Below are positions 13,774-24,900 of a stretch of DNA of 64,000 nt, in pieces. The position numbers and the translations under genes were made by a program. The notes under the pieces are model-generated. The model worked only from the letters and a program-made list of their open reading frames with translations. It did no database searches and had not been told where the DNA came from. The stretch comes from Felis catus (taxonomy: Eukaryota), in NCBI RefSeq assembly GCF_018350175.1, contig NC_058368.1, forward strand, positions 40,426,001 through 40,490,000, written 5' to 3'. How positions within the stretch are numbered: the stretch's first letter is position 1; each line of letters begins with the position of its first letter.

Positions 13774-14449
13774 AAGAAGAAAGAAAGGGGGAAGAGTAGT
13801 TATTATGAGAGTATCAGTGGTCTAAACTACACAGAGGAAGGGTTGTCTATTTTGTTTTATTTTCTAAATATTAAGTCACAGAAGGCCTACGGTTTTTATG
13901 TGAACATTCTAATATTTATCTTTGAAGAAGTTGAGAATGCCCTCCTTATACTTCACCTGGGATATTTTCTTTGCTAAATTTAAATTTTCTTATTCATTGC
14001 TCTTTATTTCATTTTTGAAAGTGAAGAAGAGAGAGGGAGGAAGTGAGGGAGTGTGGATTGAGAAAGATAAAAGTGAGAGCAAGAAAGATACTAACTTCCT
14101 ACCTTGAAAGTCAGCTTCTTTCTCTTCTTAGTGTCTTTAGTAAAGATTGCCTAATATCTAGTGGTATTGTTACAGACACAGAATCACCAGGCACTTTACA
14201 CAATCACTGGTGAATGGCAGTAGGTCTTTGGGTCCTGCAGAGAAGAACTCTATTAATGCCATCTTCTTCAGATGACTATCCTATTTGGCAAATGTTCTGC
14301 ATGACTGCTACTGAGCTTCCATCTGTCATAGCTCAGTGGAACATCTTGGACCAGCACTTTAAAAGGGCAATTGCTCCACTGTCTAGTGGACTTAAAGAAT
14401 AAAGAAAAAGGAGACAGCGCTGTGGGTATTTACATTAAATAAAAAGAGA

Positions 14450-14640
14450 GGCTCATTTATTGAGTATGTCTTATGAGCCAAACAGTCTACATATGCTTCC
14501 CTTTTAATTAACACAAAATTCCTATAATATAGTCAATAAGTGGTAAAGGAAACCATGCTCATAAATTAGTGAATTTCAACACATAGTTCAAATACAAGTC
14601 TATCGTATTTAAACACTTGACTATTTGTCTTGACTATAAT
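14450..14640 (-). mobile_element. MIR fragment
   Basis: catttattgagtatgtcttatgagccaaaca... decayed antisense MIR. Confidence 0.55.
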
Positions 14641-15049
14641 TTTTCAAATACTTAGATCTTACTGTAATTTTCAGGAGATATAGAGAAGAATCGTTATTTA
14701 AAAATACCGATTCTATATTCTATGTATCTTCTTTGAGACTATGTTTTGAGTCTGTGTCTACTCTTGAACCCCTTTTAGACTGTTTCACTAGGTGCTTAAG
14801 TGGTTTGATCTCATTTAAAAAGAATAGATTACCTTGTACTTTTATTTTTCTGGTTTCACTTTTTTCCCTATTCTTAACTCATACAGGAAAATGCACAACA
14901 TTTCTTCACACATCTTGAAAGCCCTCAGGATTGAACTCCATTCTATCCTTCTAACTTTTCTCTCCTCATTATAAATTAGTATCTTGCCATCTACATGGAT
15001 ATATCTACATGGATATATTAGCAATGGTCACCTACCCTCATGTTTCGTG

Positions 15050-15420
15050 ATATGTATACTTTGTAGAGTGCTGTTTTTCTCCTTTTGTTTCTTCCTCTCC
15101 TTTTCCCCTCAAAATGCCCTTCCATCTACTGCTGAATTACTGCTTACATTCAAGACTTGTTATGGATATTCCATCATATTATCCTCCTTTTTGATCCCAA
15201 GGACACAATATTGTTATTAGTTGTTTGCTGTATTCCTTATTATCTCAAGTATGTCCTTTTAAAAGAGCATATCACATTTCTTTGTGAGTTTTCATGTGTC
15301 TCTCCCATTAGAGTAAAATTCTTAACAGAAAGTACTATGTCACAGTGGTTGCAATCCCATAGCCTAGCTATATACAAATTACACAAAAATTTTTCAGTTA
15401 TAATCATGTAAATAAAGGGA
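15050..15420 (+). mobile_element. L2 3' end fragment
   Basis: tgtctctcccattagagtaaaattctt...gtactatgtc...cccatagcctagc. Confidence 0.6.
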
Positions 15421-17575
15421 ATAATTCATTTCCAACATTTTAAACACTACTTTGTAAAGCTTTGTACTTCACTTATTCATAAATTAAAAAAAACAAAGGT
15501 GTATTAACAAGTTTTATATTCTTAATAAGATAATATAATTCTTGGAGAAATAAAATAATGAGATTTTATATTGTAAATTTTTAATGTTTTATTTGGAATT
15601 TTTGAGATATATAGCTCTGCTTTTATAAAATTATAAACTGATATTTAGCATAACATTACAAACTCTTTCATGGTTACCTACAATTTTCAAAATACTTTTC
15701 AAAATTTAAATGACCATAAAATGGAAAATCTGGCATTATTTTTAAAAAAAGCTTTTTTTCTACCTGCCATTGTATTTGCTTCTTGAAAATTCAGAGTAGA
15801 CTGTCTCATTATTGTAATATAAATTATTTCATCACTGAAGTGTTTGCAAATGAAATGCAGAACTGATAAATGACACAATGTGCAGGATTTGTAGAACATA
15901 AATAGTGAAGCATAAAACTTGTAAAAATGGTTTTGTAGGGAAAATCGACTCCATATTCCATTTTACCCAAAGCTCTATTTAGCAAGACTTTCTTTTATTA
16001 CCATGCAATTCACCAAGCATGAGTAATTTCCACATCAATTCTTTTATCCAGTGGCAACATAAACACTCACACTTTCTGAAATAAAGGAGTTGGAGTATTA
16101 TAGTTGCTCCGTTCAGGCTGCTATCTTTAAGGTTGTGTCAGCACTTCCATTATATACCCAGTTTCTTGGAGTTTATAACTTGCAGTAAAAACTAACCCTT
16201 GGGTTGAATCTTTACTTACAGAGGTATTTTTCAGTGCAACTTATGGAGATATGGCTGCAAGACACCCCATTTCTGTTAATAGAAGCCAGGTCATGAATCC
16301 CTTCCTGGCACATTGAACAGATTTATCCTGTAACTTCCCTACTGGGAGAAAATTATTTTTTATCAAAATGGGAGAAATATTTCGGTTTGATTTCAGTAAG
16401 TTATGAAGTGCAATACCTATCCCATGCAGGTATGAATTTCCAATAGCTTATCTACACTTACGACAAAACACTTTTTTCTCCTAAAAGTGACCTTGGCAAA
16501 ATACAAGTTAGTTAAAAAAAAAATTAAGCTAGTTATACTCAGGTATAATTAAAAATAAGGTCATAATTTTTCTCCCAAACATATTAAAGTCTTTTCTTTC
16601 TTGAGCATGTCACTTAAAGCTGGAAAAATTTTTAAGTATGTTTTACAAAATAAAGTAAAATTAGTTATTCATTATGAATACATCACAGCTCTACCTAACG
16701 GTATACACATAAATTCCATCTGTATCCCACAGTTATTTGCTGGTAGTTATTTTTAATAAATAAACATAATAAATACAAAATTCTGATATTTTATAAAAAC
16801 TTAAAAGGATATATCACAAAACAAGTTTCTGAAGAAATTAGACAATTTTATGTTATCTTTGATATAAACAAATTATACCAAGTTGAAGTTTTAAAAATAT
16901 GGTTTAGTTTTCTGCATTTTTCACATACACACTTTGGGGTCATTATGCAGTTCATAAACCTCACAAATTCAATAAGACTCAGATAACACATGTTCTGAAA
17001 AAATAAAAAGAAGGTGTTAAAATCAATTAAATCAATGATGCTTGAATTAAAGACAGGCTATAGGAATAAATTGTAATGGACCAAATCTCCATCAGTTCCA
17101 ACATCCACCATGAACACTCATAAAATATAATAGAACTGACAATTCATAATAAAAATATTAACAATAAATAAATGGAATATGAATGAAATTGAAACATATG
17201 TTTTAATAGTGTTTGACAAAAATACATATGCATGTTAAATATTAATTTCAATATTATAATCAAACAACATTTGTGTTTAATTAATATGTCTAAAGAAATT
17301 AAATTGTCTCTATTTAGTTATATTTTTAACTAAAAGAATTCTGTATCAAGGAATCTACCATCTGTCCGTTTATAATTTAAACATTCCAAATACAGGGTAT
17401 ATTTAAGAGTTTTTCTTCGGAATGATGTTGCATATTTTTATTTCAACATAAACATTATATACATACATAATTTTTAAAAATTCAGAGTTCAGTGAAAACA
17501 TGATTTGGATTTAGTTTTGACCTATTCATTGATCAGTATATAAAAGATTTTTTTTTTAAAAATGAGTAGCTTAAA

Positions 17576-17792
17576 GGGGCGCCTGGGTGGCTCAGTGGGT
17601 TGAGCGTCCGACTTCAGTTCAGGTCATGATCTTGCACTCCGTGAGTTCGAGCTCTGCATCGGGCTCTGTGCAGACAGCTCGGAGCCTGGAGCCTGCTTCC
17701 GATTCTGTATCTCCCTCTCTCTCTGCCCCTTCCCTGCTCATGCTCTGTCTCTCTCACTCTCAAAAATGAATAAATGTTAAAAACATTTTTTT
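17576..17792 (+). mobile_element. Can-SINE (SINEC_Fc, young)
   Basis: ggggcgcctgggtggctcag A-box, gttcga B-box, CpGs retained; TSD aaatgagtagctta (17560-17573 / 17793-17806). Confidence 0.97.
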
Positions 17793-18129
17793 AAATGAGT
17801 AGCTTACTTAATAAGATTAAGAAATATGGATTACTTTTTAATCTTAAATTTAAAAAAAGATAAGAGTTTACTCAAAAGTGACATTTCTTTAACACACCCG
17901 TTCTAAGCAAATTCATATTTCATAATCCTAGGTAGAAGGGAATAATGATTTGCAAACCACATTGAGATTTAACTTAGTTCTGTGCCCAGACAAGTTTATT
18001 TCTTTGTTTTGCAAATTTCAAACTAATGCTTGTTCCAATTTCTCATCACAATTTTTTCATTAGCTTGGCTTTGGGACAGTTTCTTTCGTGAATAATAGTC
18101 TCAACAGAACGCAATATAAATAAGAAATA

Positions 18130-18405
18130 TTTATTTATTTATTTTTTATTTATATTTATTTTTGAGAAGAGAGGGCACCAAGTGAGTGAGGGGCAGAGAG
18201 AGTGAGGGAGAGAGAAGCAGGGCTGCCTGAAGCGTGGCTTGTGTTCACCCAAAGCAGGGCTCGTGTTTACCCAATCAGGACTCATGCTCACCTGAAGCGG
18301 GCCTCCAGGTCACCCCAGCTTGGGCAAGACTTGAATTCGTGAACTGTGAGATTATGAACTGAGCCAAAGTCAGATGCTCAACCAGCTGAGCCATCTATGT
18401 TCTCC
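18130..18405 (-). mobile_element. Can-SINE variant with internal ~20-bp tandem repeats
   Basis: SINE head and tail present; body replaced by repeated gaagc(a/g)gggct..tg(t/c)tcacc units. Confidence 0.85.
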
Positions 18406-18762
18406 TGAATAAGAGAAATTTTAAATACATAGCATCACTAGATGCCACAGAGGACTATTAGTATGTATATTTCAGCCACATGGTTCATTTCAGATTTTGA
18501 AACTAAATAAGAACTAGATTTTAGAACTATTTAGTTATGATACACAGGTAACAGAGGATAGAAAACAGCTTTGAAATGTTACTTTTTTCTTGCTCAAAGT
18601 AGAATAATAATGCTGGGTAACTCTCAATACCAGTTTTGATAGCAGATAAATCAGACTGTCTAAATTTCTTCAAAGTGTTTTTGATGTAATTTGTTTAATA
18701 TCCTTAAGACCCTATTAAAATTTGCCTTAAAGTGTCCTTAAAGATAGCTTTCAATATTTCAT

Positions 18763-18905
18763 TGAGATGGCTTTGTAATGTGTCAAATGGGCTACAGTAA
18801 CACAATTTCTAATAATTATCTTCCTTGCATATTTCTGGTTAGAGGGTACTACAGGAATATTTTGTATGAGATTTGGGGAGAGCAAAAGAGAAGCATCAGG
18901 CATAC
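18763..18905 (+). mobile_element. MLT2 (MLT2E/F-like) ERVL LTR, 5' part
   Basis: tgagatggctttgtaatgtgtcaa start is typical of MLT2; resumes at 20491. Confidence 0.75.
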
Positions 18906-19120
18906 TTTTTTTTTAATGCAAGGAGATATTCACAAATGACATATTTGACAAACAGCATCCAAAATGCAAGAAGAACTCCTAAAACTAAAACAATCTTTTT
19001 TTTTCTTTCAAGTTTTTATTTAAATTCCAGCTAGTTAACATATAGTGTAATTTTAGTTGCAGGACTAAAATTTAGTGATTCATCACTTACATATGACACC
19101 CAGTGCTCATCACAGCTTAC

Positions 19121-19349
19121 TTTTTATTTTTTTTATTTTTTTTAACGTTTATTTATTTTTGAGACAGAGAGAGACAGAGCATGAACAGGGGAGGGTCAGA
19201 GAGAAAGGGAGACACAGAATCCGAAACAGGCTCTAGACTCTGTGCTGTCAGCACAGAGCCCAACGTGGGGATCGAACTCATGGACCAGGAGATCATGACC
19301 TGAGTCGAAGTCTGATGCTCAACCGACTGGGGAGCCACCCAGGCGCCCC
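19121..19349 (-). mobile_element. Can-SINE (SINEC_Fc)
   Basis: TSD acagcttac (19112-19120 / 19350-19358). Confidence 0.97.
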
Positions 19350-19669
19350 ACAGCTTACCTTCTTAATGCCCATCACCCATTTAACTCATCCCCCTGCCCT
19401 CCTCCTCTCCAGCAACCCTCACTTTGTTCTCTGTATTAAAACTTTGTTTTATGGTTTGCCTCTCTCATTTTTTTCTTCCCCTATGTTCTTCTGTTTTTTT
19501 TTTCCTTAAATTCTACATATGAGTGAAATCGTATGGTGTTTGTCTTTCTCTGATTTATTTCACTTAGAAAATACACTCTAGCTCTATCCATGTCATTGCA
19601 GATAGCAAGAGTTTATTCTTTCTTATGGCTGAATGATATTCCATTGCAGATATATATACCACATCTTCT

Positions 19670-19732
19670 CTTTTTTAAAGTTTATTTATTTTGAGACAGA
19701 AGGAGAGAGAAAGAGAAAGCATTAGTGGGAGA

Positions 19733-19786
<54 letters not shown>

Positions 19787-19795
19787 GAGAGAGAG

Positions 19796-19843
<48 letters not shown>

Positions 19844-19970
19844 TCCCAAGTAGACTCAGTGCTGTTAGCACAAAGTCTGATCCAGGGCTTGATCCCATGA
19901 ACAATGAGATCATTACCTGAGCCAAAATCAAGAGTTGGATGCTTAACTGATTGAGCCATCCAGGTGCTCC
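19670..19970 (-). mobile_element. Can-SINE with expanded (GA)n
   Basis: SINE body; TSD about acatcttct / acctcttct. Confidence 0.93.
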
Positions 19971-20490
19971 ACCTCTTCTTTATCCATTTATCAGTCAGTA
20001 GATATTTGAACTCTTTCCATAATTTGACTATTATAGATAATGCTGCCTTAAATATCAGGGTGCAGGTGCCCATATTTTTGTAGTGAAAATTTTTGAGTCA
20101 ATATTTTTGTAAGAAATACCTAGAAGTCATTGCCGGATCATAAAGTAGTTCTATTTTTAACTTTTTCAGGAACTACCATACTGTTTTCCAGAGTGGCTGC
20201 ACCAGTTTGCAGTCCCACCAGTAATGCAAAAGTGTTCCACTTTCTCCACATGCTCACACACATCTGTTGGTCATCTGGATGTCTGTAAAAATGTCTGTTT
20301 ATGTCTTCTGCCTATTTCTTAACTGGATTATTTATTTTTGGGATGTTTGAGTTTGATAAGTTCTTTATAGATTTTGGACATCAACCCTTTGTCCGAGATG
20401 TTACCTGCAAATGTTTTTTCCCATTTCAAAAGTTCCCTTTTAGTTTTGCTGATTGTTTCCTTTGCTGTGCAGAAGCTTTTAGTCTTGATG

Positions 20491-20788
20491 ACCATATTGT
20501 TTAAATACTTGGAAAATTGATACACGGTTGCTAGGTGCTGTTGCAGATTACGCATGTTGTAATTTAACTTACAGTTTATTTCAGTGGCACAATTGGATCT
20601 ACAGCTGCTTCACTTCTGCCTAGACCCTCCTTTAGCTTCTGTGATTCCTGGGCCAGGTCATGTGTTTAGCTCTTTGATGAAGGGCTCCAGGTTCTCCCCC
20701 AAATACAACTTTGGAGTCAGCCTGCCTTGCAGATGTAAAAGCCCCCAACATCAGACACAAAGATGATAGCTCTAGAGAAACTGGTAAA

Positions 20789-20834
<46 letters not shown>

Positions 20835-20880
20835 CTGGGGAGGAGGTATAATCTTTCCCTGATTCAATCCTGATTGATAT
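20491..20880 (+). mobile_element. MLT2 LTR, 3' part, with (GT)n
   Basis: Ends ttccctgattcaatcctgattgatata, similar to the MLT2 terminus. Confidence 0.7.
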
Positions 20881-21009
20881 AATTTCAAATACCAGTTACA
20901 ACAGGGTACTATCCAAGAGACTTTCACTAAAGTCTATATGTTGTGCTCTTTGGTTGAATAAATGATAACATTTATTCTTAAAGTGTTGAGTTTTCAAAAT
21001 TGTACGTAC

Positions 21010-21985
21010 CAATAAATGAGTTCAGCAGTGTGTCAGGATGTAATATTGATACATAAAATTAATCCTGTTACTGTACATTTGCTGTGAACAATATGAAAAT
21101 GAAATTAAGAAAACAATCCTTTTGACAATAACAGCAAAAAGGATAAACAAACACAGGAATATATTTAACAAAAGAACTGCACACCTAGTACACTGATATT
21201 TATAAAATGTTGTTGAAAGAAGTAAAAGACATAAATAAATGGAAATCTATCTCATAATAATTGTTTGGAAGTTTTATCAATGCTAAGAAAGCAATAGTCC
21301 TCAAAGTAATCTCTGAATTCAATGTAATTCCTATCAAATTTACAGGTATTATTTTTACAGAAATTGACAAGGTGATCCTACAATTTATATGAAAATACAA
21401 GGTACCAAGAAAGTCCAAAACAGTTTTGAAAAAGAACAAAATTGGGTGGCTTACAATTCACAATTTAAAGACTTACTACAAAGCTATAGTAATCAAGGCA
21501 GTATAATATTGGCATATGGATGGACGTACATATTAATAGAATAAAACTCAAAGCCAGAAATAACCTTTACCTTTAAATTCAATTAATTTTTAACATGGCT
21601 GCCAGTAAAATTCAGTGAGGAAAGAATAGTCTTTTTAACAAATGGTACTCAAAAAACTGGATATCAAAATGCAAAATAATAAATTTGGGGCCCTACTTCA
21701 TACCACACATAAAAGTTAAAATGGATATCATACTTGAGTGTAGGAATTAAAACTATAAAAACCCTGGAAGAAAATAATATATCTGTATAATTTCAGTTTA
21801 AACAATATTTTCTTAGGGCACCAAAAGCACAAACGACAAAGGAAATAATAGGTAAATTAACTTTATCAAAACTAAAACTTTTGTGCTTCAAAAGACATCA
21901 TCCATAACATGGAAGAATAACCCTTGGAATGGGGAACATATTTACATATTTTCAACTTGTATCTAAAAATGTATGAAAATCATAG
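21010..21985 (+). mobile_element. Old L1M ORF2 fragment (outer layer of L1 nest)
   Basis: Decayed ORF2 (aataaatgagttcagcagtgtgtcagga...); continues at 31990. Confidence 0.85.
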
Positions 21986-21989
21986 AACC

Positions 21990-24900
21990 AGCAGTTTGAA
22001 AAATGCTGAGGGTAGACAGGAGGGAGAATGATTTGCTTATCTCAGAGTGCCGCCTGGAGATGCATAGATCTTGGGGACATCCCTCCAGGAACAAAGGACC
22101 TGGCAGGGGCCACATCCTTCTCCTGCCTCCCAGCATAAACAAAGACCACCTGTGGGAACCAGTGCAGTGCCAACACCCTTTACCTAACTTGCTTGCACCA
22201 AATTCTGTCCCCATACAACTGGGTGAATGTGCCCTTCATAGTCACACTTGCCTCTGTCCTAGCTCTGTGGGTTCCTCCCACAGAAGACTACTGCAAATCT
22301 GGCCAATACCACATCTCCTGACCTGCACAGTTTGTGGGAGCTCAGTTCTGGCAGCAGTAGGGCCAAGTCTCATTTCACAAGCAAACGACTACACACCTTG
22401 CTGCCTACAATAGGCAAAGAGCCTCTCCAGGCTGCTGGACAAAAGGAAAAAAAGACCAAGAGTCGACAGCAGAGCACATGATAGATACTCACTGAAACTC
22501 CAGGGCCTTTGGAACAGGGGACACTGTACTACAGGGCACTACAAGACCTTTTCTTCATAAGGCTATTGTTGTTAAACAGTTGACTTTTCTAACACACAGA
22601 AACAGAGAAAGTCAGACAAAATGAGGAGACAGAAAAATTCCCAAATGAAAGAATAGGATCAAACCACAGCAACGGATGGAAGTAAAATGGATGTAAGTAA
22701 TATGACTAATAGAGAATAGACTAAAGAGGGGTGCCTGGGTGGCTCAGTCGGTTGGGTGACTGACTTCACCTCGGGTCATGATCTCACAGTTCGTGGGTTT
22801 GAGCCCCACATGGGGCTCCGTGCTGACAGCCCAGAGCCTGAAGCCTGCTTCTGATTATGTGTCTCCTTCTCTCTGCACCTCCCCTGCTCGTGCTCAGTGT
22901 CTCTCTGACTCTCAAAAAATAAATAAATGTTAATAAAAAAAGTTTAAAAAAGTAGAGAATAGACTAATGATCATAAAGATACCACTGGACTGGAGAAAAG
23001 AGTGGAGGACATCAATGAAAACCTTAACATAGAGATTAAAAATAACCAATCAGACATCAAGAATACTATAAATGAAATTAAAAACAAACTTGTGGAGTAA
23101 ATACCTATCAAGATGAAGCAGAGAAATGAATTGATGACCTGGAAGACAGAGTAATGGAAAGTAACCAAATTGATCAAAGAAGAGGAAAGAAAACTATGCA
23201 AATCAAGAATAATTTACGGATCATATATTGAAAAATAAAACAAAATACAATAAAATAAATAAAAATCATATATTGAAAAAAATAAAAAAGAATAATCTTA
23301 GGGAATTCAGTGTCACTGTCAAGTAATGACATCTGCATTATAGGGATCTCAGAAGAAGAGAGAGATAAGGGGTAGCAGAAAATTTATTTGAAGGAATTAT
23401 AGCTGAAAACTTACCCAGTTTGGGGGAGGAAACAGATATTGAGATTCAGGAGGCACAGAGATCTCCTAAAAACTCAACCCATGGAGGTCCACACCAAGAC
23501 ACATAGTAATTAAAATGGCAAAAATTAATGACAAAGAAAAAATAAATAACTAAAAGCAGCAAGAGAAAAGAAGACAGTTACATACTAGGGAAACCCTCTA
23601 AGGCTATCAGTGAATTTTTCAGCAGAATGTTTGGGGGCCAAAAAGGAGTGACATAATATATTCAAAGTACTGAAATGGCAAACTTGAAAGCCAAGAATAA
23701 TCTATGCATCAAGGTTATAATTCAAAATAGAATTAGAGAGAAGGAGTTTCTCAGACAAACAAAAGCTAAAGGAGTTCAGGACCACTAAACCAGCCCTACA
23801 AGAAATATTAAAGGGGACTCTCTAAGTGAAAAGGAAGAACATAAGAGAGTATGAAAATGAAAGAAACAAAAAAGTAAAAATAAATATTTCTGTAAAAATC
23901 AGTGAAATGATTCATAAAATAAAAGAATGTAAATTATAACACCATATACCAAAAGCATTGGAGGGAGGGGAGTAAAGAATGGATTTAAATTTAGCAAACC
24001 ATAAATTTAATATAGACTGCTATATGCAGAAGATGTTATATACAAACGTGTTGGTAACCACATATCAAAAACTGGTAATAGATATGCAAAGACTAAAGAG
24101 AAAGGAATCCAAGAATATCATTAAAGAAAGCCAACAAACCATGAAAGAGATCTAGAGAAGAAAGGATCAGAGAAAATCTATAGAAACAACCACAAAACAA
24201 GTAACTAAATGGGAATACATATCTATCCGTAATTACATTAAATATGGACTAAATGCTCCAATCAGAAGACACAGAGTGACAGAGTGAATTAAAAAAAAAA
24301 GCTCATCTGTATGTTGCCTACAAAAACTGATTTCAGACCAAAAGATACCTGTAGATTGAAATTGAGAGGATGGAGAAGCATTTATCATGTGAATCCATGC
24401 CAAAATAAAGCCAGGTAGCAATATTGGTATCAAACAAACTAGACTTTAAAACAAAGAGTATAACAAGAGACAAAGAAAAACACTATATAATCATAAAGGG
24501 GACAATTCAACAAGAGAATATAACAATTGTGAATATTTATGCACTCTACATGGGAGCACCCAAATGATATAAAAGGCAGTTAATAACCAACACAAAAGAA
24601 ATCATTGATAGTAATACAATAATAGTACGGGACTTTAATACCCCACTTACATTAATGGAACAATCATCTGAATACTAAATCAACAAGGAAAACCATGGCT
24701 TTGCATGACACACCGGGCCAGATTAATTTAACAGACATATTTAGAACATTCCATCCTAAAACAGCAGAATACACCTGTTTTCAAGTGCATGTGAAACCGT
24801 ATCGGAGATCACATATTAGGCCACAAAATAAGTCTCAACAAATTCAAAAAGACTGAAGCTGAACCGTGCATTATTTCTAAACACAATGCTATGAAACTAA

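Larger units (their letters stand above)
18996..20490 (-). mobile_element. 5'-truncated carnivore L1 (3' UTR plus ORF2 C-terminus), interrupted by two SINEs
   Basis: Antisense [21 protein letters not shown] and the carnivore L1 3' UTR (ttcaggactaaaatttagtgattcatcacttac). Confidence 0.92.

Noticed and set aside
13591..13977. 128-aa RE-rich ORF
   Set aside because: (GA)n and purine tract artefact
17576..17660. tRNA genes at SINE heads
   Set aside because: A/B boxes belong to tRNA-derived Can-SINEs with (CT)n, tails and TSDs
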